Shown here in pieces: positions 9,027-18,360 of a stretch of DNA of 64,000 bases; the stretch's first letter is position 1; the number at the start of each line of letters is the position of its first letter. Origin of the DNA: a bacterium. GTDB lineage: Bacteria > Electryoneota > RPQS01. The notes under the pieces were generated by a model. The model saw only the letters and a list, made by a program, of their open reading frames with translations, searched no databases and had not been told where the DNA came from. The stretch lies in the NCBI GenBank assembly GCA_013360195.1, contig JABWCQ010000001.1, positions 84,168 through 148,167 of the forward strand. Reading direction: 5' to 3'. The position numbers were made by a program, and so were the translations under genes.

Positions 9027-9926
9027 ATGAGTACACGTATCAACCACAATCTGCTGTCACTAAGTGCACAACGCTCTGTGTGGACAGCACAGAACGACCT
9101 GGACAAGGCGGTTCAGCGACTTTCCAGCGGTCTGCGCATCAACTACGCGTGGGATGATCCCACCGGACTGGGCATTAGCGAACGTCTTCGCTCTTCGATC
9201 GTAGGTATGGTCGAGGCTGAGAAGAACGCTTCCTATAATGTCAACATGCTGCAGACGGCTGAAGGCGCACTTGCCGTCATTGATGAAAAGCTGGTCCGCA
9301 TGCGAGCTATCGCTGTGCAGGCCTCGAACGGAATTCTGACGACGTTGGACCGTCAGGTCGCAAATGTCGAATTCCAGCAGCTCAAGTCCGAAGCCGACCG
9401 TATTGCCCGTACGGCGAACTACAACGGCTTCAGGCTGCTCGATGGCTCGCACGCCGCAGCCACACCTAATGCTGACCCGACACTCGCTCTTGGAAGCAGT
9501 GCAGTCATTACGGCTGCCGATGGCGCGGCCATCAAGTTCCATATCGGTGAGACCAATGTCGCCGGACAGGATTACTACTATGTGAACCTGGGTGGAATGA
9601 CCGCGGACGATCTCGGTATTGCCGGCCTGAATGTCGCCGATACTGCATCGGCACAGGCGGCGATCGACACGCTGATCGCGGCAATTAATTCCAAGGATAC
9701 TGAGCGGACGTTCATCGGATCAATGGTAGAGCGTCTGCAAAACACTATTCTGAATCTCAAGATTCAGCGTGAAAATGCAACGGCTTCGGAATCACAAATT
9801 CGTGATGCCGACTTCGCCGAAGAAATGTCGAACTTCACCCGCGCGCAGATTCTCATGCAAACCGGTGTTTCGATGCTTTCTACGGCCAATGGTCTGCCGA
9901 ATATCGTTGCACAACTCGTCGGCTAA
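9027..9926 (+). CDS. fliC: Flagellin paralogue (299 aa)
   Basis: N and C domains are about 85-90% identical to the first flagellin; the central region diverges. Confidence 0.9.
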   Translation: MSTRINHNLLSLSAQRSVWTAQNDLDKAVQRLSSGLRINYAWDDPTGLGISERLRSSIVGMVEAEKNASYNVNMLQTAEGALAVIDEKLVRMRAIAVQASNGILTTLDRQVANVEFQQLKSEADRIARTANYNGFRLLDGSHAAATPNADPTLALGSSAVITAADGAAIKFHIGETNVAGQDYYYVNLGGMTADDLGIAGLNVADTASAQAAIDTLIAAINSKDTERTFIGSMVERLQNTILNLKIQRENATASESQIRDADFAEEMSNFTRAQILMQTGVSMLSTANGLPNIVAQLVG

Positions 9927-9960
9927 TCGGAAGTAACTCTCCCCGTATCGTTCAGGTCGC

Positions 9961-9980
9961 TCCGCGCGGTTCCGCGCGGA
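9961..9980 (+). other. GC-rich palindromic hairpin (CCGCGCGG-TT-CCGCGCGG) between flagellin 2 and fliD
   Basis: Perfect 8-bp self-complementary arms. No T-run follows, so it is not a canonical intrinsic terminator. Confidence 0.4.
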
Positions 9981-10035
9981 CGACCGGGCGGAGACCCTTC
10001 CAATCGGCCTCAGTCCAGAACGATAAGGAGGAGTA

Positions 10036-11946
10036 ATGTCACAGCCATCAACCACGGTTTCCGGTTTGGTCTCTGGAATTGATTGGGATTCCACGATCAA
10101 ACAACTGATGCAAATTGAAAGACGTCGTGTTGACCTCTACGAAAATCGCAAAAGTGAAAACGAAACCAAGCTCAATCTGTGGGCTCAGATCCAAGGCAAG
10201 GTCGCCGGGCTGCAAGGTGCCGCGCAAAATCTTGACAGAAGATCCGAATTCGTGGTCAAATCGGCTTCCTCCTCCGATTCGTCCGTTGTAGCGGTCCAGG
10301 CTGCTGCAAGTGCTGCTCGCGGCTCTCATTCCGTCGAAGTGCTTGCCCTGGCCAAAGCCCACAGTATAGCGGCGCAAGGCTTTGACGACAAGAATAGTAC
10401 CGGCGTCGGTGATAGTGGTGGAGATTTCGTCATCCAGGTTGGTGATGAAACCATAACTATCGCCGACGCCGATTTTTCTTCTGCAACTACGCTCGAGCAG
10501 CTGAAGAACCTGATCAACAATTCTGCGGATAACGATAACCTGGTCACCGCCTCTATCCTTGACGACGGCTCCGACTCCGGAAGATACAGACTGGTGATCA
10601 CGGCAAATAATCCCGGTCTTGATAACCGCATTTCTTTCCTGTCCAATCCGACTTCACTGGACTTTTCCGGAAAAGTCATTGACAGCGCGGAGACCGGAGC
10701 AGGGTGGAGCGGAACGTCTGCACTAACGTCCGGCGGTGCATACACGGGGACGGTGAACAAGACCTATGTCTTCACCGTCTCAAACGGTGGAACTGTAGGC
10801 ACGACTAACGGTATCTTGATCGATTGGACGGACTCCGCAGGGAATACAGGAAGTTTTACCATTAATTCGAGTGATGCCGGTAATTCGATTGCCGTTGCGG
10901 ACGGCGTGACAATGACGTTTTCTGCAGGTACACTGGTCACCGGCGATACCTTTTCGACGGATGTTTTCGTTCCGACTTTAACCGCCGCGGAAGATGCGCG
11001 CTTCCGCATAGACGGTATCTATGCCACGCAATCCACGAATACGGTCGAGAATTTCATTGAAGGAGTCACTCTGAACCTCCTTCAAGTGGATGCAGGCAAT
11101 GTTGTCACTGTGACCGTTGACGATGACAAGGAAGCGATGAAAGGCAAAATCCGCAGTTTTGTGGATGCGTACAATTCCGTCATGCAGGATATTGCCACCT
11201 TCTCATCATACGATGAAGAAAACGAGACGGCCGCTCCTCTGCTCGGAGATGGGTTTCTTTCTTCAATCAGGAGTCAATTGGCCTCGATTGTGTCACAAAG
11301 AGTCGGCGCCCTGCCGTCAGGCAATGTCTTGAATCACTTGGCGGACATCGGGATAATGTCGTCCCAGCGAGGGTTGCTGACTATCGACGAAACCGAGTTG
11401 TCCGATGCACTCGATGAGCGCTTTGAAGAAGTCGTGAGTCTGTTCAGTCAAACCTTTGAAAGCGGTGACAACAAAATTGGTCTCGTCACGACAAACGAAA
11501 ACAGCCAGGGTGGTACCTACTCGTTGGTCGTGAACTACAATGCGTCCGGAGTCCCTGCTTCCGCCACGATTAATGGCCAGGCCGCGACAATTGACGGCCT
11601 CCTTATTCGTGGAATTGCAGGCACCCCTTCAGAAGGAATTGTTCTGAGCTTCACGTCACCCGGTTCCGGTCCGGGTACTGTCAACACAAGCTTCAGATTG
11701 GGAAAGGGTATAACTGAAATGGTTGCCAGCGTCGCGGCCGATATTTCCGATGACGAAACCGGCGCCATTCACTATGCGCAGCAAAACCTCGAAACCCAGA
11801 ATGAAAACCTTGACCGTCAGATTGCGTCGTGGGAGCGTCGGCTTGAGGCTATCGAAGAACAGTTGCGCAGACAATACTCCACTCTCGAAACTACACTGTC
11901 AAAAATGAGAAATCAAAGCAATTATCTTGCTGGAGTTTTAGGATAA
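10036..11946 (+). CDS. fliD: Flagellar filament cap protein FliD (hook-associated protein 2)
   Basis: N-terminal VSGLVSGIDWDSTIKQLMQIERR and C-terminal coiled coil ...LEAIEEQLRRQYSTLETTLSKMRNQSNYL. RBS AAGGAGGAG. Confidence 0.88.
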   Translation: MSQPSTTVSGLVSGIDWDSTIKQLMQIERRRVDLYENRKSENETKLNLWAQIQGKVAGLQGAAQNLDRRSEFVVKSASSSDSSVVAVQAAASAARGSHSVEVLALAKAHSIAAQGFDDKNSTGVGDSGGDFVIQVGDETITIADADFSSATTLEQLKNLINNSADNDNLVTASILDDGSDSGRYRLVITANNPGLDNRISFLSNPTSLDFSGKVIDSAETGAGWSGTSALTSGGAYTGTVNKTYVFTVSNGGTVGTTNGILIDWTDSAGNTGSFTINSSDAGNSIAVADGVTMTFSAGTLVTGDTFSTDVFVPTLTAAEDARFRIDGIYATQSTNTVENFIEGVTLNLLQVDAGNVVTVTVDDDKEAMKGKIRSFVDAYNSVMQDIATFSSYDEENETAAPLLGDGFLSSIRSQLASIVSQRVGALPSGNVLNHLADIGIMSSQRGLLTIDETELSDALDERFEEVVSLFSQTFESGDNKIGLVTTNENSQGGTYSLVVNYNASGVPASATINGQAATIDGLLIRGIAGTPSEGIVLSFTSPGSGPGTVNTSFRLGKGITEMVASVAADISDDETGAIHYAQQNLETQNENLDRQIASWERRLEAIEEQLRRQYSTLETTLSKMRNQSNYLAGVLG

Positions 11947-11947
11947 C

Positions 11948-12367
11948 ATGAAAATTGCACCGAACCACGTTACATACCGATCCATGGACGCTGCCTGCAG
12001 CACTCCGCAGCTCGTTCTTCTGCTTTGCGACGGTGCCATCAGGTACACCCGCGAAGCGGCGGAACACATGCATAACAATCGCTGGTCGGAAAAAGGTCAG
12101 GCTATTGAAGCCGCTATTGAGTGCCTTGGCGAGCTGCGTAAAACGCTGAATCTTTCGGATAACACTGAAATCGTCAGACAATTGGATAACACCTACAGCT
12201 TTCTCTCGACCAAGTTGATGATAGGTAATACTCGCCGCGACATCTCGCAATTGCATCAGGTTGCCGATGCCCTGACACAGATTCGATCTGGCTGGTCAGA
12301 GCTTTTTGACAAACTGAAAGCTGAAGGAGCACTTCCCACGGCCCAATTCGCCGGTGCCGGCCAGTAG
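11948..12367 (+). CDS. fliS: Flagellin export chaperone FliS
   Basis: LVLLLCDGAIRYTREA...IEAAIECLGELRKTLN matches the FliS family. Starts 2 nt after the fliD stop. Confidence 0.8.
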   Translation: MKIAPNHVTYRSMDAACSTPQLVLLLCDGAIRYTREAAEHMHNNRWSEKGQAIEAAIECLGELRKTLNLSDNTEIVRQLDNTYSFLSTKLMIGNTRRDISQLHQVADALTQIRSGWSELFDKLKAEGALPTAQFAGAGQ

Positions 12368-12372
12368 TTGGA

Positions 12373-12388
12373 TGGCACACCAGTTGCT
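12373..12388 (+). promoter_or_regulatory. sigma54 (RpoN) -24/-12 promoter upstream of flgM
   Basis: TGGCAC-accag-TTGCT is a perfect match to TGGCAC-N5-TTGCW. It sits 41 nt upstream of the flgM ATG. Confidence 0.65.
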
Positions 12389-12428
12389 ATCTTTTTTGAC
12401 ATAACATCGTAAATAGGACAAATATTCC

Positions 12429-12734
12429 ATGCGTGTAGAATCCAACCGCCCGTATCGCCTGCCGGGAGCACCGGATGAAATCAAGGATAACATCCCGGAG
12501 CGCCCGGCGAAGTTGCCAAGCTCGACCGTTAATCTGCAAGGCGATCAATATGAACTCTCTGCAGAACAGAGAGTTACGCAAAACCTTTTGTCCAAAGTTG
12601 AAAAAGAGAAACTTGATGCGCCGTTGCCGCCGGAGCGACTGGCAGCCATTCATGCCAGGTTGAAATCCGGGCATTACATGTCGGACGAGGCGGCAGAGCT
12701 TACCTCAAGTGCTCTCCTCTCATTTTATAAGTAA
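12429..12734 (+). CDS. flgM: Anti-sigma-28 factor FlgM
   Basis: C-terminal RLAAIHARLKSGHYMSDEAAELTSSAL resembles the FlgM sigma28-binding region. 101 aa, located next to fliS. Confidence 0.6.
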   Translation: MRVESNRPYRLPGAPDEIKDNIPERPAKLPSSTVNLQGDQYELSAEQRVTQNLLSKVEKEKLDAPLPPERLAAIHARLKSGHYMSDEAAELTSSALLSFYK

Positions 12735-12814
12735 TTCATTTACAAAATCTTAGAATTAAGTCTCTTTTAAACAATTGTTTACCGTGGTACACTGAATAGA
12801 CCACGATCTTGAAG

Positions 12815-12845
12815 TGCCTCTGACTGATTAAGCAGAGGCATTTTT
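12815..12845 (+). terminator. Rho-independent terminator after flgM
   Basis: TGCCTCTG-(10-nt loop)-CAGAGGCA followed by TTTTT. Confidence 0.7.
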
Positions 12846-12918
12846 CATGGTATGAATGTTGCCCTGAAATGTCTTGCCGGAAGCAGATTTTCACAGGTTG
12901 GATTTTTACGACGGAACA

Positions 12919-13758
12919 ATGAACGATTCACAGCAGCCCCGTGTCTTGATTATCGACGATGACCCTGACATTTCCAGTGTGCTCGTCGCCGCACTTGAAG
13001 TCGTTGGATGCACGGTTTTCTCGGAGACATCTACTGATCGCGCAGAAGATGCGTGTCGAATTGCAAAGCCGGATCTGGTGCTTGTGGACATGATGATGCC
13101 CGGCCGCTCAGGAATCGAACTCATCGCGCCGCTGCATCAAATCGCTCCCGATGCCATTATCTGCATCATGACGGGAATGGGGGATCCGGCGCTGCTCAAA
13201 AGGTCTTTGAACTCTGGTGCGTGGAACGTCTTGTGCAAACCATACTCACTGTCTGATTTGGCCGAGCTAATTGACCTCAGTCTAAGACTCTCAGCTTCAC
13301 TCCGTGAAGAGCGGGGCGATTCTGTGGCAAAACGTGATCTCGAACTCGAGTTTCACGGAGACCATAAGCCAGAGGCCGCCGACATAGCAAGACTTATTGC
13401 CGTCGCGGCTGGGGCGGCGAATGACAACGACGTCGCATATCGGAAACTTCCGCTTCTTGCGGCCGAATTACTCGACAACGCTTTCGAGCATGGTACGAAA
13501 CACAATCCTGAAACCAAATTCGGGGCGTCATTGCGCGTTGTCGACGAAAAATTGGAGCTTCGTGTCTGGGACTTGGGAACGGGCTTTGACGGCAAATCCA
13601 AAATCCGGCAGTTGACCAGTGCACCGCCCAAGGGCAAGCTGTCCGGACTGCAGCTCGCCTCTGCATTGGCGGACGAAGTGAGGTTTGACCGTGAGCCCAA
13701 TGCGATTACAGTCGCGTGGCGTGCAAAGTCTTCTTCTGACGATAGGAGAAACTCATAG
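12919..13758 (+). CDS. Response-regulator receiver fused to an RsbW/SpoIIAB-like (HATPase_c_2) anti-sigma-factor-type serine kinase domain
   Basis: REC: RVLIIDDDPD..LVLVDMMMPGRSG..KP. C-terminus: LAAELLDNAFEHG...LELRVWDLGTGFD (Bergerat-fold N and G boxes of the RsbW type). ATG at 12919; the track start at 12874 is TTG. Confidence 0.7.
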   Translation: MNDSQQPRVLIIDDDPDISSVLVAALEVVGCTVFSETSTDRAEDACRIAKPDLVLVDMMMPGRSGIELIAPLHQIAPDAIICIMTGMGDPALLKRSLNSGAWNVLCKPYSLSDLAELIDLSLRLSASLREERGDSVAKRDLELEFHGDHKPEAADIARLIAVAAGAANDNDVAYRKLPLLAAELLDNAFEHGTKHNPETKFGASLRVVDEKLELRVWDLGTGFDGKSKIRQLTSAPPKGKLSGLQLASALADEVRFDREPNAITVAWRAKSSSDDRRNS

Positions 13759-15302
13759 TGGACAGAACGAGACTCCGAGTACCGTTTAACGGACGATCCG
13801 GCGGGCTTGCGCCGTTGCTCATTGTCATTCCGGAAGAAGATATTCGTTCACAAGTCAGAGCGTCGCTCGAGGATATCGAAGGCATTGAGATTCATTTCGC
13901 GGCGACTGCGCATGAGGCCATTCGCTTCATCAAGCAGCGAATTCCGGCGGCCGTTCTGGCAGAAGTCTCTCTTACGGATCTCGACGGTTTTCGCCTCTGC
14001 AAACTGCTGAGGCTGCCGCTGGTTTCAGGTTCCGACCAAATACCGGTCATCCTGATTTCGTGCGCGTATCGGGATGTCTTAGCCGAACACGTGGCTCGCA
14101 AGGCGCATGCGTTTGCTTTTCTCAAGCTTCCCGGGGACACCCACCTGCTCCCGAGAACCGTCGAGTTGGCTCTGCGACGCCTGTTGCCCGGGCCCGGTGA
14201 TAGTCAGTTGCTTGGCCAGAAGGGCGAAGTGCATATCGTTTGCGATGACAATGCTCTCGCTCACGCAATTTCCACGGCGATTGAAATGGATCACTGGCAT
14301 TCAACCCGGTTCCGTTCTCTCAGCGATATGGCAGCCTCCTGGGATAAGGTCAGACCACAAGTAGTTTTCGTGGATGTGCCCGTCCGCGGCACACTCGACT
14401 GGAGCAGCATCTTCAGCGGTGAAGAATTCGACCGCCCTGTTGTTGTCGCGCTCCTGCGCAGACCCGAACCTGACGGCCTGATTGAACTCATGGAGCATGG
14501 TGTGGATGACTACCTGTCTCTGCCGTGCGATGCAGCCAAATTCGTTGAAGCTTGTCGTAATGCGCGTGTCAAGTACAACTTTCGCAGCACGTACCGCGAG
14601 TTCAACGAGCAGCTCCTGAAACTGAGAAAGGTCTCGGAGTATCTTGAACTTGTCATTACGAATTCGCACGAGGCGATCTTTACGTGCGACGAATCGGGCA
14701 TCGTCAGACTCTGGAATAAAGGTGCCGAACGGGTTTATGGCTACACGTCCGACGAGATTGTCGGCAAAAACGTGGACGATTATCTGAATCCGCCCGGTTT
14801 CTCACGGAAATCGCCTAACGTGGTTCGGCTGCTGCAGCAACGTGGTTCAATGACCGATCCCGAAGTGCAAAGGCAGCGTAAAGGCGGCGAAGTTTTTCCC
14901 GTCTCAGCAACCTACACGTTGCTCACCGACGGAAATGGCAAAACGTTGGGTTTCTCGGTTATCGAACGCGATGTTACGCCGATCAAGGCGCTCGAAAACG
15001 AGAAAATCAAATCGGCGCGACTGCGGGCGATCACCCAGACTGCCGTAACCGCCAACGACCACATTAACACACCACTGGGCATCATTCTCGGATATGCGCA
15101 GTTTCTGGAACTGAAACTTGATTCGGCAGACCCGCAGGACAAGGCGGCGCTTGAAGTCATTCAACAGCAAGTCCACAAGATCAAGGGAATTATGAACAAG
15201 CTGAAGCTGATCTCCGACCCGATTGTCAAGAACTATTCCATTGAAGGTGTGACCATGCTTGATCTGTCGAAATCGCAACTCTCTAACGAAACATCAAATT
15301 AA
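13758..15302 (+). CDS. Signalling protein: atypical receiver, second receiver, PAS, then HisKA phosphoacceptor domain, with no HATPase domain
   Basis: GTG at 13758 overlaps the upstream TAG (TAGTG); RBS AGGAGA. PAS: ITNSHEAIFTCDESGIVRLWNKGAERVYGYTSDEIVGK. H-box: NDHINTPLGIILGYAQFL. Ends after a coiled coil without any ATPase motifs. The first receiver appears to carry Glu at the Asp-acceptor position (alignment is tentative). Confidence 0.65.
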   Translation: MDRTRLRVPFNGRSGGLAPLLIVIPEEDIRSQVRASLEDIEGIEIHFAATAHEAIRFIKQRIPAAVLAEVSLTDLDGFRLCKLLRLPLVSGSDQIPVILISCAYRDVLAEHVARKAHAFAFLKLPGDTHLLPRTVELALRRLLPGPGDSQLLGQKGEVHIVCDDNALAHAISTAIEMDHWHSTRFRSLSDMAASWDKVRPQVVFVDVPVRGTLDWSSIFSGEEFDRPVVVALLRRPEPDGLIELMEHGVDDYLSLPCDAAKFVEACRNARVKYNFRSTYREFNEQLLKLRKVSEYLELVITNSHEAIFTCDESGIVRLWNKGAERVYGYTSDEIVGKNVDDYLNPPGFSRKSPNVVRLLQQRGSMTDPEVQRQRKGGEVFPVSATYTLLTDGNGKTLGFSVIERDVTPIKALENEKIKSARLRAITQTAVTANDHINTPLGIILGYAQFLELKLDSADPQDKAALEVIQQQVHKIKGIMNKLKLISDPIVKNYSIEGVTMLDLSKSQLSNETSN

Positions 15303-15326
15303 TCATATCATCGCCACGAGGCACAG

Positions 15327-15692
15327 ATGGAAACCCTGAAGAAAAAAGTTCTTGTTGTTGATGATGACGAAGTCATTCGTGATCTGCTGATCAATTTCCT
15401 GAAGTTCTCAGGCTATGAAGGTCTCGGTGCGCCAAACGGACAGAAGGCGCTTGAAATGGTCATCGCGGATTCCCCGGACATGATCATCACCGACATCCAC
15501 ATGCCCCTGATGAACGGATTTCAGCTTCTGCGTGCCGTCAAGCGCGTGAATCCCGACTTGCCCGTCATCTTCATTACTGGCTTTGCGCACTTCCGCCGTT
15601 TCTTTGCCGACAAGACTGCCAGAGCCGACGGTTTCCTCGAAAAACCGTTCTCTCTCGAGTCTATCGACGGGCTGGTCAAGAAGTACTTGTAA
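15327..15692 (+). CDS. CheY-like single-domain response regulator
   Basis: VLVVDDDEVIRDL...MIITDIHMPLMNGFQLL...VIFITG. Confidence 0.85.
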   Translation: METLKKKVLVVDDDEVIRDLLINFLKFSGYEGLGAPNGQKALEMVIADSPDMIITDIHMPLMNGFQLLRAVKRVNPDLPVIFITGFAHFRRFFADKTARADGFLEKPFSLESIDGLVKKYL

Positions 15693-15738
15693 AGCCATCC
15701 ACTTGACTTTCATGGTCAGCTAAACTATCTTCGATAGT

Positions 15739-17694
15739 ATGACATCTGACCGCGAAGTCCTGATTGTTGACGACGACGCTTCGGCTCGCGAAACGCTGGC
15801 TGCCGTGCTCTCCGAGCACGGCTTTGCCGTGCATCAGACCGCCGACGGGCCTGCGGCACTCAAAATCCTGAATTCCAACCGCGGCATACGGGTTCTGCTT
15901 ACTGACGTGCGACTGCCGGGCATGAACGGAATCGAATTGCTGGCCAAGGTGAGGGTTGCAGATCCCTCTGTTCATGTGATTCTTGTTACCGCATATGCCC
16001 AGCGAAATTTGGCGCTCCGCGCCCTCAAGCATGGAGCCGCCGAGTTCCTGCCCAAACCAGTCGATGCTGCCACTCTCTTGCGGGTCGTTGAAAGGTGTTT
16101 CTACAGGTCCCGGCTGGACAAGTTGGCCGCTATCGGCAAGGAGGCATTGGGCAGGCTGAAGAGCCGTGCGATTCTCTGCACAACTGAGGGTAAGGTTGTC
16201 TCGTCTGCTCCCGATATCGCAGCGTTAGTCATGGACGCAGGACAGTTGAATGCCGGAGAATATGTCTGGGATGCTTTGGGGTGGGTCGAACTTCGCGAGT
16301 TGTTTGAAAAAGATTTCGCTGGACCTATCGTCATACCGCGGCAAGATGTTTCTGTGCAAGTCCAAAGGTTACTGCTCGACGAAGGTGTCAATCAGGTCGT
16401 TCTGGTACTCACGGACATTTCAGGTCTTAGACAGGTTCAGCGTGACCTTCTTTCCGTCACCCAGGATATTGAGGCACGAGTCTCAGAGCGTACTCGGTTT
16501 CTGAGTGAGGAAATCGAGTTTAACGACCGTCTGCTCGACACCGCCGATGTCCTGATTGCCTATGTCAACCCGGATGGAAGACTCGAACGCTGGAACAAGT
16601 TTGCCGTAGACCTGACCGGACTTACATTTGAAGAAGCAAGCTTGGAGCTTGCCGAACTCTATCGAGATAGACGTTCACCGCTTGCTGAAATCTTTGACCC
16701 TTATTGGGAGCACGAGATTACCGCTCGCATCGCGCCGTTTTCAGGTCCAGAAGGCACCTCGCGGCTCCTCGCATGGAGTGCCCGTAGGTTCCGCGAGGCA
16801 CCCGGCCGGTTTGGCCGGCTCATTGTGGGAATGGATGTCACCGAACAAAAACAGCTCGAGAGCACGCTTCAGCACTACAATGCCTACCTCGAGGATATCG
16901 TTAGACAGAGATCACGCGAATTGAAGACCAAAAACGCTCAACTCATTCACACCGCGCGCCTCGCCTCACTCGGCGAAATGGTAGGATCTATCGCGCACGA
17001 GATGAAGCAGCCCCTGAATGTCATTGCAATCACGTCTGATCTCATCAAGCTGCTTCGAAAGAACGGCAAGCTGAATGACGAACTCCTTGAGAGCAACCTT
17101 GAGAAGATTCGCATGACCGTCGAGAGAATGTCGGATACAATAAATCATCTCCGCGGCTTCACGCACGTCGACTCCACGATGTTCAAACGGTTGACCCTCA
17201 AAGAAGTCGTGGACGGTGCAATCACGCTTGTCGGCGAACAAATCCGGCAGGATGATGTTGACCTCATTGTCGAGATGAGTAACCCTGCGGCGTCTTTCAG
17301 AGGTGACAGAAACCAGATTGAACAAGTGCTGATTAATCTCATGGTGAATGGGCGCGATGCGATTCTTGATGCAGTTGCTGCGAAATCTGTCGATCCTGCG
17401 AACCGATCCATCACCATTCGACAGGCGGAAACCGAAAATCAAAACTGGATTGGAATTGAAGTCGTAGATTATGGAACCGGAATGGCTCCTGAAGTTGTCC
17501 GGCATATCTTCGAACCGTTCTACACGACAAAGGATTCTTCACGCGGAACGGGCTTGGGATTGTCTATATGTTTGAATATTGTCCGCGCACATGGCGGGGA
17601 CATTGAAGTTGAATCTTCTCCCGGGCAGGGCAGTGTCTTTCGTATCCTGCTGCCCGTTGACCTGGAAGCTGAACTTGCTCAAGAACGGCGTTGA
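15739..17694 (+). CDS. Hybrid sensor histidine kinase (REC-PAS-HisKA-HATPase_c)
   Basis: REC: VLIVDDDASARE..LLTDVRLPGMNGIEL. H-box: LASLGEMVGSIAHEMKQPLNVI. N/G boxes: LINLMVNGRDAI, VVDYGTGMAPEV, GTGLGLSI. Confidence 0.85.
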   Translation: MTSDREVLIVDDDASARETLAAVLSEHGFAVHQTADGPAALKILNSNRGIRVLLTDVRLPGMNGIELLAKVRVADPSVHVILVTAYAQRNLALRALKHGAAEFLPKPVDAATLLRVVERCFYRSRLDKLAAIGKEALGRLKSRAILCTTEGKVVSSAPDIAALVMDAGQLNAGEYVWDALGWVELRELFEKDFAGPIVIPRQDVSVQVQRLLLDEGVNQVVLVLTDISGLRQVQRDLLSVTQDIEARVSERTRFLSEEIEFNDRLLDTADVLIAYVNPDGRLERWNKFAVDLTGLTFEEASLELAELYRDRRSPLAEIFDPYWEHEITARIAPFSGPEGTSRLLAWSARRFREAPGRFGRLIVGMDVTEQKQLESTLQHYNAYLEDIVRQRSRELKTKNAQLIHTARLASLGEMVGSIAHEMKQPLNVIAITSDLIKLLRKNGKLNDELLESNLEKIRMTVERMSDTINHLRGFTHVDSTMFKRLTLKEVVDGAITLVGEQIRQDDVDLIVEMSNPAASFRGDRNQIEQVLINLMVNGRDAILDAVAAKSVDPANRSITIRQAETENQNWIGIEVVDYGTGMAPEVVRHIFEPFYTTKDSSRGTGLGLSICLNIVRAHGGDIEVESSPGQGSVFRILLPVDLEAELAQERR

Positions 17695-17708
17695 TCTTGG
17701 ATGAATAG

Positions 17709-18332
17709 TTGAGTCGTTGGACGGGAGGTCTTGTGACTGCAGAACTGACGTGGTTTGAACAATGGGATCGCGGTGTGTTCGGGATGATAAACCAGATGTT
17801 TACCAGCTCGTTCTTTGATGCGATTATGCCCTTGATTTCTGACCTCAAACTGTGGATGATTCCACTCGGTATTCTCTGGCTGATCTTTGTGATTAGAACA
17901 AACCGGAAAGGGAGGATAGTGGCGCTATGCTGCTTCCTCGTTGTTGCTGCAACCGATCAGCTTGCCGCGACAATTATAAAGCCGGCCGTCGCCCGTATCC
18001 GGCCTTGTAATGTGATTCCGCAAACGCACTTCTATGAGGAAGACAAGGACAACTGGATTTATACCGATAAGTTCGGCATGACCACGTACAAGTCTTCCTA
18101 CAGCTTCCCGTCTAACCATGCGGCGAACATGGCGGGTCAAGCGATCTACTGGAGCTATTTCTACCCGCAGGTAAGCCCGATCCTTATTGCCGGTGCTCTG
18201 GCAGTGGGTTACAGCCGCGTGTACTTGGGCTATCACTATCCGTCCGATGTGGCCGCCGGCTACCTGCTCGGCATCTTCGTTGCACTGGTAGTAGCCTGGC
18301 CTCTGCGAGTCTGGATTCTGCCCGACGAATAG
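17709..18332 (+). CDS. PAP2-family phosphatase (phosphatidic-acid / undecaprenyl-PP phosphatase-like)
   Basis: KPAVARIRP, FPSNHA and SRVYLGYHYPSD are the three PAP2 motifs. The start is uncertain: TTG at 17709 or ATG at 17784. Confidence 0.8.
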   Translation: MSRWTGGLVTAELTWFEQWDRGVFGMINQMFTSSFFDAIMPLISDLKLWMIPLGILWLIFVIRTNRKGRIVALCCFLVVAATDQLAATIIKPAVARIRPCNVIPQTHFYEEDKDNWIYTDKFGMTTYKSSYSFPSNHAANMAGQAIYWSYFYPQVSPILIAGALAVGYSRVYLGYHYPSDVAAGYLLGIFVALVVAWPLRVWILPDE

Positions 18333-18360
18333 GCCGCGTTCAACTTCTTGAAAACAAAAA

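Larger units (their letters stand above)
5867..9926 (+). repeat. Direct repeat: two ~900-bp flagellin gene copies (5867-6766 and 9027-9926)
   Basis: The two ORFs align end to end. By eye about 75% nucleotide identity, with many synonymous differences. Confidence 0.8.

Noticed and set aside
16966-17505. 179-aa minus-strand ORF inside the hybrid kinase
   Set aside because: Antisense to the HATPase_c region, which carries intact N/G1/G2 boxes on the plus strand.
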